Shown: positions 37,286-51,328 of the stretch, piece by piece | Layout: every line of letters starts with the position of its first letter | How positions within the stretch are numbered: the stretch's first letter is position 1 | Assembly: GCF_963921235.1 (NCBI RefSeq) | Contig: NC_086101.1 | Span: 190,898,001-190,962,000, forward strand | Length of the DNA stretch: 64,000 nt | Direction of reading: 5' to 3' | From: Mobula hypostoma | Lineage: Eukaryota | Made by a program: the position numbers and the translations under genes | Notes under the pieces: model-generated | The model's database searches: none | Seen by the model: the letters and a program-made list of their open reading frames with translations, nothing else | Told to the model about the DNA's origin: nothing

Positions 37286-38612
37286 TGTAGGAACCCTCCT
37301 TGGGTACAGGACATAGGGCCGGGACTCATGAACCCCGCGGGGCAACGGTAAGTCGGCCTGACTTACCCCACGGAGGCGAGGACAAGACAACACAAGACAA
37401 GACCCCATCGCGGAGAAACGGCAAGATGGCCTGACTTACCCCACGGAGGCGAGGACAAGACAAGACAAACACCAAAGAACAACACAGTTCTTATCTAGCT
37501 CCAGTGATAGAACTAGATCGAGGTGAGGGCGAGGGCAACAGACGAGAGCTGGAGGCGAGAGGGGCAGAGAAGGGATTCAGACAGCGGGGTAGGACAGGAA
37601 TCACAGACCGCCAGGGATAGGACTTAACTAGGTACTCGGATGCCGTCAGGGAGAGGACTTGACTTGGTACTCGTATGCCGTCAGGGACAGGACTTGGTCT
37701 TGGGCGTGGTACTTGGATGCCCCCGGAGCCAGGACTTGGACTTGGACGTTGTAGTTGGATGCCGCCGGAGCCAGGACTTGGAGGTTGTACTTGGATGCCA
37801 CCGGAGCCAGGACTTGGACGTGGTACTTGGATGTTGCCAGGGACAGGACTTGACTTGGTACTCGGATGCCGCCAGTGCCAGGACTTGGACTTGGACGTGG
37901 TACTTGGATGCCGCCAGGGAAAGGACTTGGACTTGGACGTGGTACTTGGATGCCCCCGGAGCCAGGACTTGGACTTGGACGTGGTACTTGGATGCTGCCG
38001 GAGCCAGGACTTGGACGTGGTACTTGGATGCCGCCAGGGAAAGGACTTGGCTTGGTACTCGGATGCTGCCAGGGTCAGGACTTCACTTGGTACTCGGATG
38101 CTGCCAGGGCCAGGCCTTCACTTGGTACTCGGATGCTGCCAGGGCCAGGCCTTCACTTGGTACTCGGATGCCGCCAGGGCCAGGACTTGGACTTGGACGT
38201 GGTACTTGGATGCCGCCGGAGCCAGGACGTGGTACTTGGAACCTCCGCGTAGTGGCGAGCACTAGACTCGGCGCAGGAACAGTAGACAGCGGCTCCTGAT
38301 TGTCTCCGGTGGGTTTACTGACGGACCCACTTTGATGAGGAAACTTTGCAGGCTCGCTTCGGCGAGGTAACTGGACGGGGTTGCTCCGGTGAGGAAGGGC
38401 GAATTACCCGCACTCGCTTCGGCAGAGACTAGGCTTGCTCCGGTCAGATGACATCGGCACACCGTACCTTAGATGACTTTGCAGACGCTCCCGCGCCGAA
38501 CGGCTGAAAGCCGGAGACTATAAACTACCGGTTCAGCGAAGCGTTAATTGCTTCTAATCACCAAAGCCGAGGGACACGGGAAAACAGGAAATCAACGGTC
38601 CGGATCGTAACA
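37286..38612. mobile_element. LTR-like element with an internal degenerate tandem repeat (GGACTTGGACGTGGTACTTGGATGCCGCCAGGGA, ~37620-38240)
   Basis: TGTAGG...GTAACA ends; shares motifs with the 42169-43365 LTR (GGCAAGATGGCCTG.CTTACC..GGAGGCGAGG); no TSD found. Confidence 0.55.
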
Positions 38613-39898
38613 TAAACAAGGTAAATTTAAAGGGACGCCCATCCGGACCATGACAAGCTCAGAGTCTTTCAATTCTTCTTTGGAGGTCAATCCACAGATT
38701 TCCAATGATGTTTACGTCAGGGAACTGTGAGGGCCATGGCAACACATTCAGCTTGCGCCTCTTGAGGTAGTCCATTCCGGATTTTAGGTGTGTTTAGGAT
38801 CATTTTCCTGCTGTAGAAGCCATCCTCTTTTCATCTTCAGCTTTTTTACAGACGGTATGATGTTTGCTTCCAGAATTTGCTGGTATTTAATTGAATTCAT
38901 TCTTTCTTCCACCCGTGAAATGTTCCCCATGTCACTGGCTGCAACACAAGCCCAAAGCATGATCGATCCACCCCCGTGCTTAACAGTTGGAGAGGGGTTC
39001 TTTTCATGAAATTCTGCACCCTTTTTTCTCTAAATATACCTTTGCTCATTGCGGCCATAAAGTTCTATTTTAACTTCATCAGTCCACAGGACTTGTTTCA
39101 AAACTGTTCCTTTGCAAACTTCTGTCGCTGAATCTTGTGGTGAGGACGCAGGAAAGGTTTTCTTCTGATGACTCTTCCATGAAGGTCATTTATGTGCAGT
39201 TATCGCTGCACAGTAGAAGAGTGCACCACTATCCCAGAGTCTGCTAAATCTTCCTGAAGGTCTTTTGCAGTCAAACAGGGGTTTTGATTTGCCTTTCTAG
39301 CAATCCTACGAGCAGTTATCTCGGAAAATTTTCTTGGTCTTCCAGACCTCAACTTGACCTTCACCATTCTTGTTAACTACCATTTCTTAATTACATTACG
39401 AACTGAGGAAACGGCTACCTGAAAACGCTTTACTATTTTCTTATAGCCTTCTCCTGCTTTACAGGCATCACTTATTTTAATTTTCAGAGTGCTAGGCAGC
39501 TGCTTAAAGGAGCCCATGGCTGCTGATTTTTGGGACAAGGTTTGAGGAGTCTCGGTATTTATAAAGCTCTGAAATTTGCATCACCTGACCTTTCTTAACG
39601 ATGATTGTGATAAAGCCATAGCCCTAACAAGCTAGTTAAGGTCTGAGGCCTTGGTAAAAGTTATATAAGAGGTCAAATCTCTTGGGGTGCCCAAACTTTT
39701 GCATGGTGTTCCTTTCCTTTTTCCACTCTAAAATTGTACAAAACAAAAATAATACACTAATCTTGCTTAAAATCTTGAAAATAATGTTTCATCTTTCACT
39801 TTATGAGTTTTGGAGATCAGCTCATCTTCTACTCACCTAACTATTCACAGTAACAGAAATTTTGACCAAGGGGCCCCAAACTTTTGCATGCTAATGTA
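38613..39898 (-). mobile_element. Tc1/mariner DNA transposon remnant (IR/DR type), one terminus preserved
   Basis: Minus-strand MKMKRGWLLQQENDPKHT and NIIGNLWIDL motifs; CCCAAACTTTTGCATG repeats at ~39690 and ~39875, followed by TA. Confidence 0.85.
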
Positions 39899-40379
39899 TA
39901 TTTGTCTGGCTGTTTATTCACCAATACTCCACTTGTGCTCGTATATGCGAGGACTGCGCCTCAAAGCCCACGTGTCACCTAGACGGTGTTGGGGACCAGT
40001 CGACAGATGATATTGGTGGGCTGGTGGGTATGGACTATATATACGCATATTCTGCGACATTGCAATTTTACTGACATTCTGCATGTGTTTGTTGCCTTGT
40101 TTACATCAAGCTGTGGCATCAGAGGGAGGGGGTGTGTGTGCTGGGACTCTTATTATATGATTGTGATTGTGTGCGACTGTTGCTAATGTGTCTTTGCGCC
40201 TTAACCCATGGTAACACTGTCTCATTTGGCTGTATTCATGAGTATTCATGTAAGGCTAAAGGACAATTATACGCTGGAAACAGAAGAAACAGCAATACGG
40301 GAAATTCTCGATTCTCCCCGTCTCATGTGCACTGGGTTCAAGTACTGCAATCAACCCAGGATGAGTCTGCTCTCTTGGT

Positions 40380-43300
40380 CTACACCGGTGGTGCAGAAGC
40401 GTGGGATGGAGAAGAGGAGAGCTGCTGGCATTGGAGACTCTATAGTCAGGGGAGCAGACAGGAGATTTTGTGGACGTGAGAAGGACACCCGCATGGTTTG
40501 TTTCCTCCCGGGTGCCAGTGTCCGGGTTGTCTCTGACCGGGTGCACGACAGCCTGGTACAAGAGGGAAAGCAACCAGAAGTCGTGATACATGTTGGCACC
40601 AACGACACAGGCAGGACGAAGGATGAGGTCCTGAAGTGTGAGTTTCGGGAACTCGGCAGAAGGCTGAAGAACAGGACCTCAAGGGTGGCATTCTCAGGAT
40701 TGCTGCCAGTGCTACGTGACAGTGATAGTAAGAATTGGAGGAGATGGCATTTGAATGCGTAGCTAATGAGTAGGTACAGGGAGCAGGGTTTTAGATTTTT
40801 GGATAATTGGGATCTCTTCTGGGGAAGGTGGGACTTGTACAGATTGGATGAGTTGCACCTGAACTCGAGGGGGAGCAATATCCTTGCAGGTAGGTTCGCT
40901 AGAATGTTCGGGAGGGTTCAAACTAATTTGCAAGGGGGATGGGACCCAGAGCGATAGAACAGTGAAAGAGGTGCATGGAGTAAAGCCAGATCTAATATAT
41001 AGAGATGCTTTGAGGAAAAAAAAGCAGAATAAGCAGCGTAAAGACAGTTAGGTAGAAGGGCTGAAATGTGTGTACCTCAATGCAAGAAGCATCAGGAACA
41101 AAGGTGATGAATTCAGAGCTTGGATACATACATGGAATTATGATGTAGTGGCCATTAGAGAGACTTGGCTGGCACCAGGGCAGGAATTCTCAATATTCCT
41201 GGATTTCAGTGCTTTAAAAGGGATAGAGAGGGCGGGAAAAGGGGAGGAGGGGTGGCATTACTGGTCAGAGATACTATTACAGCTACAGAAAGGGTGGGTA
41301 ATGTAGTAGGACACTCTTTTGAGTCAGAATGGGTGGAAATCAGGAACAGGAAGGGAGCAGTTACTCTATTGGGGGTATTCTATAGGCCGCCTGGTAGCAG
41401 CAGAGATACAGAGGAGCAGATTGGGAGGCATATTTTGGATAGATGCAGATAAACAGGGTTGTTATCATGGGTGACTTTAACTTCCCTAATATTGGTTGGA
41501 ACCTGGTTAGTTCCAAGGGTGTCGATGGGGCAGAGTTTGTTAAGTGTGTCCAGGACGGATTCCTGTCACAGTATGTGGACAGGCCGACCAGGGGAAATGC
41601 CATACTAGATCTAGTACTAGGTAATGAACTGTGTCAGGGCACAGATCTCTCAGTGGGTGAACATCTGGGGGACAGTGACCACCGTCCCTGGCCTTTAGCA
41701 TTATCATGGAAAAGGATAGAATGCGATTGTAGGGACTACTTACTGAGGACTGAAAAACTTGAGCTATAATCATTAAGAAAGAGGATGTGCTGGAGAGTTT
41801 GGAAAGCATCAAGTTGGATAGGTCACCGGGACCGGACGAGATATACCCTCGGGTACTCCTGGAGGCGAGGGAGGAGATAGCTGAGTCTTAAGCAATGATC
41901 TTTGTATCATCAACAGGGATGGAAGAGGTTCAGTGGATTAGAGGCTTGCGGATGTTGTTCTCTTATTCAAGAAAAGGAGTAGAGGTAGCCCAGGAAATTA
42001 TAGACCAGTGAGTTTTACAACAGTGGTTGGTAAGTTGATGGAAAAGATCCTGAGATGCAGGATTTATGAACATTTGGAAAGGCATAAAATGAGTAGGAAT
42101 AGTCAGCATGGCTTTGTCAAACGCAAGTCGTGCCTTACGAGCCTGATTGATTTTTTTGAGGATGTGACTGTCATAAGGGCAGTGGCTGGGACCGGACCCA
42201 AGTGCAAGACACAGACACTGAAGTACTAGGATACAGGGCGATGGCACGGACATGGACAGAAAAACCAGGAACCTGGAACAGGACTGAACAAGAGAGCTAG
42301 GAGCCCGGGCTTGGATTCCGAGCCAGAGACTGGACAAGGACCCAGTACCTGGGTCTTGCCTCTGGCTCGGACCCCAGAACTAGGCAAGGACGAGGCTTGG
42401 CAGGCAGGCAGGACGAGGCTGGAGTCTTCAGACTAGAAGCTGGAGGCCAGAGACTTGGCTTGGCTTGGCAAAAGGCTCGAGGCTGGAGACTTGGCTTGGC
42501 TTGGCAAGAGGCTAGAGGCTAGAGACTTGGTTTGGCTTGGCAAGAGGCTAGAGGCTGGAGTCTACAGGCTCGAGGCTAGGCAAGAGACGAGGCGAGGCTT
42601 GGAACGAGGCTAGAGACTTGAGACTAGATGCGCGGCTGGAGTCTGGAGGCTAGAGCCGAGGCGAAGTGAGGATGAAGGCTGGAGTCTTGAGGCGCGGCTG
42701 GAGGCTGTAGACTTGAAGCGAGGCTGGAGACTTGAGGCGAGGCTGGAGGTTGAAGACGAAGCGAGGCTGGAGGATGGAGACTTGAGGCGAGGCTGGAGGC
42801 TGGAGACTTGAGGCGAGGTGAGGCTGGAGACTTCAGGCGAGGCGAGGCTGGATACTTGAGGCGAAGCCTGGCAGGCTCCTCCTGGGCAGGGCGCGGATCT
42901 CCTGGGCAGGGCACGGATCACCACCCGACAGGGGCAAGGTACAGGAAGGGACAGAACCAACCCCAGGTAACGGCAAGATGGCCTGGCTTACCTGGGCGGA
43001 GGCGAGGGACAGGAATGGAGCTAGGAACAGGGTGGCTCCAGGACCAGACAGCAAGACAAGGCAAGGCTACTGCCAAAGCAAGGCGAGACAGAACTTCAGG
43101 CGAGGCGAGAGATGCCGGCAAGACAAAGCAAGGCTTCAGGCGAGGAAACAGAAGGCAGGGGAAGGGATACAAGGAGTAAGGACAAGAACAATCCAGCAAT
43201 CAGGCCCTGGTCTCTGGAGGTATTTATGCAGCCAGCCCCAACTAGCATCAGGTGCCTCAATTAGCTCAACAAGGACAGAAACAGGGTAGATAGGAAAACC

Positions 43301-43560
43301 TGGAGCAAGGGTCGATGGACCGGACCGTGAACCGGAATATGGACTTCACGGACCGGACTATGACAGTGACTAAACACGTTGATGAAGGTAGGGATGTATA
43401 TATGGATTTTAGCAAGACATTTGATAAGGTATCCCATGCAAAGCTTATTGATAAAGTAAGGAGGCATCGAATCAACGGGGACATTGCTTTGGGGATCCAG
43501 AATTTGCTTCCCATAGGAGGCAAAGAATCGTTGTAGACGGGTCATATTCTGCATGGAGGT
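40380..43560 (+). mobile_element. CR1 LINE with ORF1 SGNH-esterase remnant and ORF2 endonuclease/RT fragments, interrupted by a solo LTR
   Basis: GDSIVRG..LPGA..VIHVGTND (ORF 40208-40762); YLNARSIRNK (41070); QHGFVK.KSCLT.L; resumes DVTKHVDEG after the LTR. Confidence 0.9.
42169..43365. mobile_element. Solo LTR with 5-bp target-site duplication
   Basis: Termini TGTCATA...TATGACA (7-bp inverted); GTGAC at 42164-68 and 43366-70; internal GAGGCTGGAGACTT-type repeats. Confidence 0.9.
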
Positions 43561-44341
43561 CAGAATGGAAGCCTGGATAACCTAGAGGGTGGGTGGCTAT
43601 CGGCGGTGGCGGAGGATCAGGCGTTAAGTTTAAAGCAGATTGTCCGCCAATTTATTCAACGGCGCTGAGATCTATCAGGTGTCGAGAAATCTCCTGCTTC
43701 TAATTTATTCCCGGATGATCTCCTTACAGCGGCAGGGGTCGGAGAGATACCTGGTTCGGGAGCAATGGGGATGATTTAAAATGATGAACGATGTGGACTG
43801 AGGGAGGCTGTTCCCATTGGTGGACGGAGTTAGAGATTACTTTATAGAATGAACATGAATCCGCAAATAACTAAACTATTGTCTGGAGAGATTGTTTCCT
43901 CCCCGGTAGAATTCAGAGTGAAAAGCGGGGCTGGGGTAGGAACTGGGCGTTGCAACGGGGAGCGGGTTAACTGTCTGCAAAGGAATTCATGGTGCTGTGG
44001 AGAGAGGATGAGGGCAGAATGTCCTTCAATTCTGCTGTAACCATTCCGGCACTCCGAGGTAATTCCAACAACCCTCCCGGAACCCTGCTACATTAGAATC
44101 TTATCCACCACCCTAACAATCGAGACCCTATGACTATTGCTCAGCCCGACGTTACACTACCCTTCTGAGGCTCAGAGCTGACCACAGTGCTATTGGTCTG
44201 GCCGCTGCTGCAGTTGCCCAGATAGGTCATGCCCCATAGCATTATTCAAAGAGGGATGCCTCCTGTTGTTGAGGGGAATCACCACGGAGGGACCCTGTAC
44301 TGACTTCTTTCTCCTTTTACCTCTTAGCTGAACTACACCCT

Positions 44342-44960
44342 ATGGTTTGGCAAGAGTTAGCGGCAGAGATTGTGGAGACATTACTGATGATATTTCAAAA
44401 ATCACTGGACTCTGGCATCGTCCAAGAGGGCTGGAAAATTGCAATTATTACTCCGCTGTTTAAGAGAAGAGGAAGGCAGCAGAACGGAAACTGTAGAACA
44501 TTTAGCCTGGGCTCAGTGGTTGATGATGTTGGAGTCAGTTGTCAAGGGTAGGTTTCTGGGGTACTTGGTGACAGGAGACAAGATAGGACAAAGACAGCTT
44601 GTTTTTAAGGGAAAATCTCTCCTGACGAACCTGTTGGAATTCCATGTGGAGATTACACGTAGGATATATAACGGATATGCACTGGAAGTTGCATATTTGG
44701 ACTTTCAGAAGGCCATTAATAAGGTGCCAGACATGAGGCTGCTTGCCAAGAACAAATGATATTACAGGAAAGTTCCTGGAATGGTTAGAACTTTGGCTGA
44801 TTGGTGGGAAGCAGCGAATTTGAATAAAAGTGTCTTTTTTCTGGTTATCTCCCAGAGACCAGTGGTGTTCTGCTGGTGTCTGTGTTGGGAGCGCTTCTAT
44901 CTGCATTCCATACAGCATTGATATGCTGTATATCAAAGATTTAGATGATGGATTAGAAGG
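44342..44960 (+). mobile_element. Decayed CR1 RT fragment
   Basis: EIVETL..IFQKSLDSG.V.E.WK.A; YLDFQKA..KVP. Confidence 0.75.
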
Positions 44961-47900
44961 AGTTGTTGCCTCACCCCTCCTTATTCTTCCAATTACTTCA
45001 GACTTCTGTCTTTCCCCATCTCAATCCATCAATCAGCTCAGACCACTGCCTCTCCCCTCCTCAAACCAGTAATCATTGAGAATCCTGGCTCAACACTTCT
45101 CAATCCATCAATTACCTCAGACTCCTGTCTCACCCATCCTCAACACATTAGTTACCGCAGACACCTCTCTCATTCATCCTCAATCCCTCAGCACCTCAGA
45201 CTGCTGACTCCCTGACTCAATATTCCTATCACGTCAGACTCTGTCACTCCCCTCTTCAATCCATCAATCATTTCAGACTATTGTCTCACCCTTCTTCAAT
45301 TCATCAATCACCTTAGAATACTGTCTCACCGCTCTTCAAACCATCAATCACCTCCGGCTCGTGTCTCCCCCCCCCCTTCTCAATCCATCAAACGCCTCAT
45401 ATTCTTTTCTCACCCATCCTTAATCCTTCAATCACCTTAGACTCCTGTCTCACCCCTCTGCAATAAATCAATCACAGACTCCTGTCTCACCACACCCCTC
45501 AATACATCAATCGGCTCATTCAAGTTGGACCTCACTTCATTCCATTAATCACCTCAGACAGGTTCCATGCCTCCTCTCTCCATCAATAACCACAGACAGC
45601 TTTCTCACACCTCTTCAATCCATCAAAAACGTCATCGTCCTGCCTCACCTGAACTCAATCCATCAATAACCTCACACTCCTGTCTCACCCCTCTTAAGTC
45701 CAACAATCAACTCAAACGCCTCTCCCACCCCTCCTCAATCCACCAATACGCTCAGAATCCTTTCTCATTGCTCCTCAATCCATCAATCACCACAGAATCC
45801 TTTCTCACCACTCGTCAGTCCGTCAATCACTTCAATCTCTAGTCTCAACTCTGAAATATCCATCAATCACCTCAGACATCCGTCTCACCCTCCTCAATCT
45901 ATCAATCAATCGAGACTCCTTTCTCATCCCTCCGTAATCCATCAATTAGCCAAGTCTGATGTCTCACCTCTCCTGAATTCATCAATCACCTTAGACTCCT
46001 GTTTCTCTCCTACTCAATCCTTCAATCACCTCAAATTCATGTCTTACTCCTCCTCAAACCATCAGTCACCTCAGACTCCTGTCTCACCCCTCCTCAGCCT
46101 ATCAATCACCTCAGACACATTTCTCATTCCACCTCAATCCATCAATCACGTGACAATCCTGTCTCACCCCTCCTTAATCGATCAGTTCCCTCAGACACAA
46201 ATCTCACCCTCCTAAAGCCATCAATCATCTCAGACTCCTCTATCGATTATGGATTAATTGAGGTAATCCATCAATTACCTTAGACACCTGTCTCACCCAT
46301 CTACAACCTATCAATCATCTCAGACACCGGTCTCACCCCTCCTTAATCCATCAATCTCCTGAGATCCCTGTTTCAACCCTCCTCAATCCATCAATCACAT
46401 CAGACTCCTGTCTCACACTTCCTCAAACTATCAATCTCCTCAGACCCTTGTCTCAACCCTCCTCAATCCATCAATTACCTCATACTTCTGTCTGACGACT
46501 TATCAATGGAGGAATCACATCGGACCCGTCTCACAAATCTTCATTCTTCAAAAGCTTCTGAATCCTGTTTCACACCTCCTGAACTCATCAATTGCTTCAG
46601 ACTCATTTCTCATACCTCCTCAAACCATCAATCAACTCAGACTTGGTCTCAGTTCTTTTCAATCCGTCAATCACCTCACAGACTCCTCTCTCACACCTCC
46701 TCAATGCATCAAACACGTCATAATTCTGTCTGACCACTCCTCAATACATGAATCACATCAAACTCGTCTCATAAATCTTCAAACCAACAAAAACTTCAGA
46801 AAACTGACTCACACCTCCTCAATCCATCAATCACCTCAGATTCCTCTCTCACCCCTCCTCAATCTTCCAATCACCACTGATGCCTCTCATAACTTCATAA
46901 CATCATAACAGATGCACCGTCAATCACCCGAGTCTCACTCATCATCAATCCATCAATCATCTCAGACTCCTGTCTCAACCTTTCTCAATCCATCAATCAA
47001 CCGAGACTAATGTCTTAGCACTCCTCTATCCATCAATCACCTCAGACATCTCTCACCCCTCCTCAAACCATCAATCTCCTCAGACTCCTCTCTCACCCCT
47101 CTTCAAACCATCAATCACCTCATACTCCTGTGTCATCGTTCTCATTGCATCAAAACCTTTAGACTCCTGTCTTCCTGTTCCTCAGTACACTAATCACCTC
47201 AGACTCCTGGCTCACCCTTCCTCAGTCTACCAGTGACATCAAAATTCTGTCTCACCCCTCCTCAATTCATGAATCACAGGGGTCTCCTGTCTCACCTCTC
47301 CATAATCCATCAATCAACTGAGACTCCAGTCAGACCCCCCCCAATCCATCAATCACCTCATACTCGTCTCATTCCTCCTCAATCCTTCAATCATCTCAGA
47401 CTCATGTCGCATCCTCAATTCATCATTCACTTGATACTCTTGCCTCAGTCCTCCTCAACTATCAATCACTTCAGATTCTTGACTCACCCCTGCTCAATCC
47501 ATCAATCACTCCAGTCTCGTCGCGTATCTCCTCAATCCTTCAGTCACCTGAGATCACTGCCTCTCCTCTCCGCTATCGATCAATCGCCTCAGAGTCCTGT
47601 CTTACCTCTCCTCAATCAAAAAATCACTTCAGACTGCTCTCTCACTCCTCAGCAATCCATCAATAAACTCAAACTCCTTTATCATACCTCCCCAATCCTT
47701 CAGTCACCTCAGTCCCCTGTCTCCCCTCTCCTCAATCCATCTATCACCTCAGAATCCAGTCTCACTCCTCCTCAATCCACGAATCATCTCAGACTCCTGA
47801 CTCTACCCTCCTCAATCCATCTATCTCTTCACACTACTGTCTCAACCCTCCACAATCCATCAATCGCTGACTCATTTTTCACCCCCCTCAGTTCATGAAT

Positions 47901-48070
47901 AATATCACTCCTGTCTTATCCCTCCTCAATCTACCATCACCTCAGACTCCTGACCCTCCCCTGCTCAATCCATCCATCACATCAGACTCCAATCTAACGG
48001 CTGCTCAATCCGCCAATCCCCTCAGACTGCTCTTTCCTTTTCCTCTGGCTATTCAACAGTCCTCTATCAG
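44960..48070. repeat. Second, longer array of the 40-bp minisatellite upstream of V1 copy 2
   Basis: Same consensus; ~46870-48070 is colinear with ~970-2170. Confidence 0.95.
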
Positions 48071-48458
48071 TCCCGATGCAAACCAAAACTTCAGTGTTCT
48101 TTTACCCCCACAGATGCAGATTGTTTGTTGTTCAAATATCGACCACTGTTTATTCTCTCTCTCTCTTTCGCTCTCCCCACCCTCTCTCCCTCCCTCGCCC
48201 TCTCCCCCCCCTCTCCCCCTCCCCCCTCCCTCCACCTCCCCCTCTCCCTCTCTGTCTTCCTCCCTCTCCCCCTCTCAACCCCTCTCTCTCCCTCTCTCTC
48301 TCTTCCCCCCTCCTTCTCTCTCTCCTCTCCGCTCTCTCTCTCCCCTCTCTCTCCCCCCCTCTCCGTCTCTCTCTCCCTCTCTCTCTCCCTCTCTCGCACT
48401 CACTCACTCAATCTCTGTCTCACTCACTCCCAGTATCTCTCTCTCTCTCTCTCTGCAG

Positions 48459-48841
48459 ACTGGTCAATCAATGGTTGGTCAATGTCCGGCGCTGATGTGG
48501 TCTCTGTGGTGGAAGGAGTCTCCGCTGTGTTACCGTGTACTTTCACCCACCCATCCCCTGACCTCGTCCCTTCCGGCACCTTAATCTGGTACAGGGAGAT
48601 ACCAGGTGATTAAAAAAACCGGTATTTCTCTGCACCTATCCCGGTTCCGGCCGCTCCGGGTGCGATACAACACTGAAGACTGGAGGAGGGCGGTTCGGAT
48701 TCGTGGGGAACCTCAGTCGGAGAGATGCCTCGATAATGGTGCAGCGTCTGAACCGGAGTGACGGTGGTCGGTATCGGTGCCGGGTGGAGCTCAATATTGG
48801 CAAATTTCAAACGGCGGTTCCAACAAATCTGTCTGTGAGAG
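48459..48841 (+). pseudogene. siglec15l: Siglec-15-like V1 exon, copy 2: in-frame stop and frameshift
   Basis: Splice sites intact (AG 48457-58, GTGAGG 48842); 383 nt = 384 +2 -3; TAA at 48611-13 with an 8-nt TAAAAAAA where copy 1 has 6 nt; WSMS Trp and YRCRVE Arg (48781-83) retained. Confidence 0.85.
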
Positions 48842-51288
48842 GTGAGGACTAATGTTCAAACATTGAGATGTAAAACTACACTAATCATTTCACATTTTAT
48901 CGCCGAGAAAACATATTTTATTCATAATTTACATTTTGCAGAATAATCATGTCAAATTGCACATGATTGTCACGTGCACATCACAAAGAACACTACAGCA
49001 CCGTACAGGCCCTTCAGCCCAAAATGTTGTGCTGACCCTTAAACCAGGTCCAAAATCAATCTAACCCTTGCCTCCCGCACACCCCTCCATTTCTACAACA
49101 TCCTTGTACCTGTCTGAGACTCTCCCCCTCCCCCTCTCCCCTCCCCATCTCCCCTCCCCCTTCTCCCCCTACTCCCTTCTTCCCCCTCCCACATACCCCT
49201 GCATTTCTACAACATCCGTGTACCTGTCTGAGTCTCTCTCTCTTGCTCTTTCTCTCACTCTCTCTCTCGCTCGCGCGCGCGCTCTGTCTGTCTCTCTGTC
49301 TCTGATTCTCTCTCTGTCTCTCTCTGTCTCTGTCTTCAAATTTGACCTACCGAAATGAACCACTTCACACTTATCTGGGTTAAAGTCCATCTGCTACTTC
49401 TCAGCCCAGTTCTGCATCCTATCGATGTTCTGCTGTAACCTCTGACAGACCTCCAGACTATCCACAACATCTCCCAATGTTGTCTCTTAAGCACAAACCG
49501 ACCCTTCTACTTCCTGCTCCGTGTCATTTATAAAAATCACAAAGAGGAGGGGTCCCGGTACAGATCCCTACGGACTACCACTGGTCACCGACGTCCATGT
49601 AGAACACTCTTAGTCTGGCCTCTACCTTTTGACCTGTTCGACATGGGCGACTGTCTAAAATGTGCTTAAATGTGCCTACCTCTGCCACATACCTGGCGAG
49701 ATGTTCTACACACCCACCACTCTCTGTGTAATGAACCTGCCTCTGACATGCCCTCTATATTTTCCTCCAATCACCTGAAAATGATGCCCCTTTATATTAG
49801 CCATTTCTACCCCTGGAAAAGTCTCTAGCTGTCTGCTCGATTATGCCTCTTATCATCTTGTTCACCTCTATCAGGTCACCTCTCACCTTTCTTCACTCCC
49901 AAGAGAAAGTCTCCAGTTCGCTCAACCTTTCCTCATTAAACGTGCTCTCCGGTCCAAGCAGCATCCTGGTAGATCTCCTCGACATCCTCTCTAAAGCTTC
50001 CTCATCCTTCCTATAATGACCTGAGCGGCACTGAACTTATTGCTGCTGCAGGTACGATTTTCACCGCACGTCTGCCGACGTGTCTGCACAGGTGCAGTGA
50101 AACTCTAGTTGCCGCAGCAACACAGGTACAGAGCGTCGCATCAGAAAAGCTGCAATCAAGTTCAAGTTTATTGTCATCTGACTGTACACATATACAAAAC
50201 CAAACAAAACCACCTTCTTCCGAATCAAGCTGTTGGACACTTTCAATACAGTGACTATCAGGCCACAGAGTGTTCACTGCAGAATTCCCTGTCAAACACA
50301 CCAGCTCAGGCTGTTGAACACTTTCAGTACAGTCAGTATTACACTGGAGAGGGTTCACTGTAGAATTCCCTGTCAAACACACCAGCTCAGGCTGTTGAAC
50401 ACTTTCAGTACGGTAACTGTAATACCGGAAAGGGTGCAGAGTAGATTCAAGTCAAGTTCAAGTTTACTGTCATAGAAACATAGAAAATAGGTGCAGGAGT
50501 AGGCCATCCGGCCCTTCGAAACTGCACCGTCATTCAGTATGATCATGGCTGATTATCCAGCTCAGAACCCTGTACCTGCCTTCCCCCCATACCCCCGATC
50601 TCTTTAGCCACAAGGGCCATATCTAACTCCCTCTTAAATATAGCCAATGAACTGGCCTCAACTGTTCCCCGTGGCAGAGAATTCCACAGATTCACAACTC
50701 TCTGTGTGAAGAAGTTTTTCCTAATCTCCGTCCTAAAAGGCTTCCCCTTTATCCTCAAACTGTGACCCCTCGTTCTGGACTTCCCCAACATCGGGAACAA
50801 TCTTCCTGCATCCAGCCTGTCCAATCCCTTTAGGATTTTATATGTTTCAATAAGATCCAAACTCAATCTTCTAAATTCCAACGCGTATAAGCCTAGTCGA
50901 TCCAGTCTTTCTTCATATGAAAGTCCTGCCATCCCAGGAATCAATCTGGTGAACCTTCTTTGTACTCCCTCTATGGCAAAGATGTCTTTCCTCAGATTAG
51001 GGGACCAAAACTGCACACAATACTCCAGGTGTGGTCTCACCAAGGCCTTGTACAACGGCAGTAGTACCTCCCTGCTCCTGTACTCGAATCCTCTTGCTAT
51101 GACTGCCAGCATACCATTCGCCTTTTTCACTGCCTGCTGTACCTGCATGCCCACTTTCAATGACTGGTGTATAATGACACCCAGGTCTCGTTGCACCTCC
51201 CCTTTTCCTAATCGGCCACCATTCAGATAATATACATCAAAGTTGCTGGTGAACGCAGTAGGCCAAGCAGCATCTGTAGGAAGAGGTG

Positions 51289-51328
51289 CAGTCGACGTTT
51301 CAGGCCGAGACCATTCGTCAGGACTAAC
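51289..51328 (-). ncRNA. Minimal type I hammerhead ribozyme motif in the opposite Penelope arm
   Basis: Reverse complement reads TAGTC-CTGACGA-ATG(GTCTCGG)CCT-GAAA-CGTC|GACTG; stem I intact, one mismatch in stem II. Confidence 0.7.

Noticed and set aside
40208-40762. SGNH hydrolase as a host or horizontally acquired enzyme gene
   Set aside because: It is the esterase domain of CR1 ORF1, directly upstream of ORF2, and 5'-truncated
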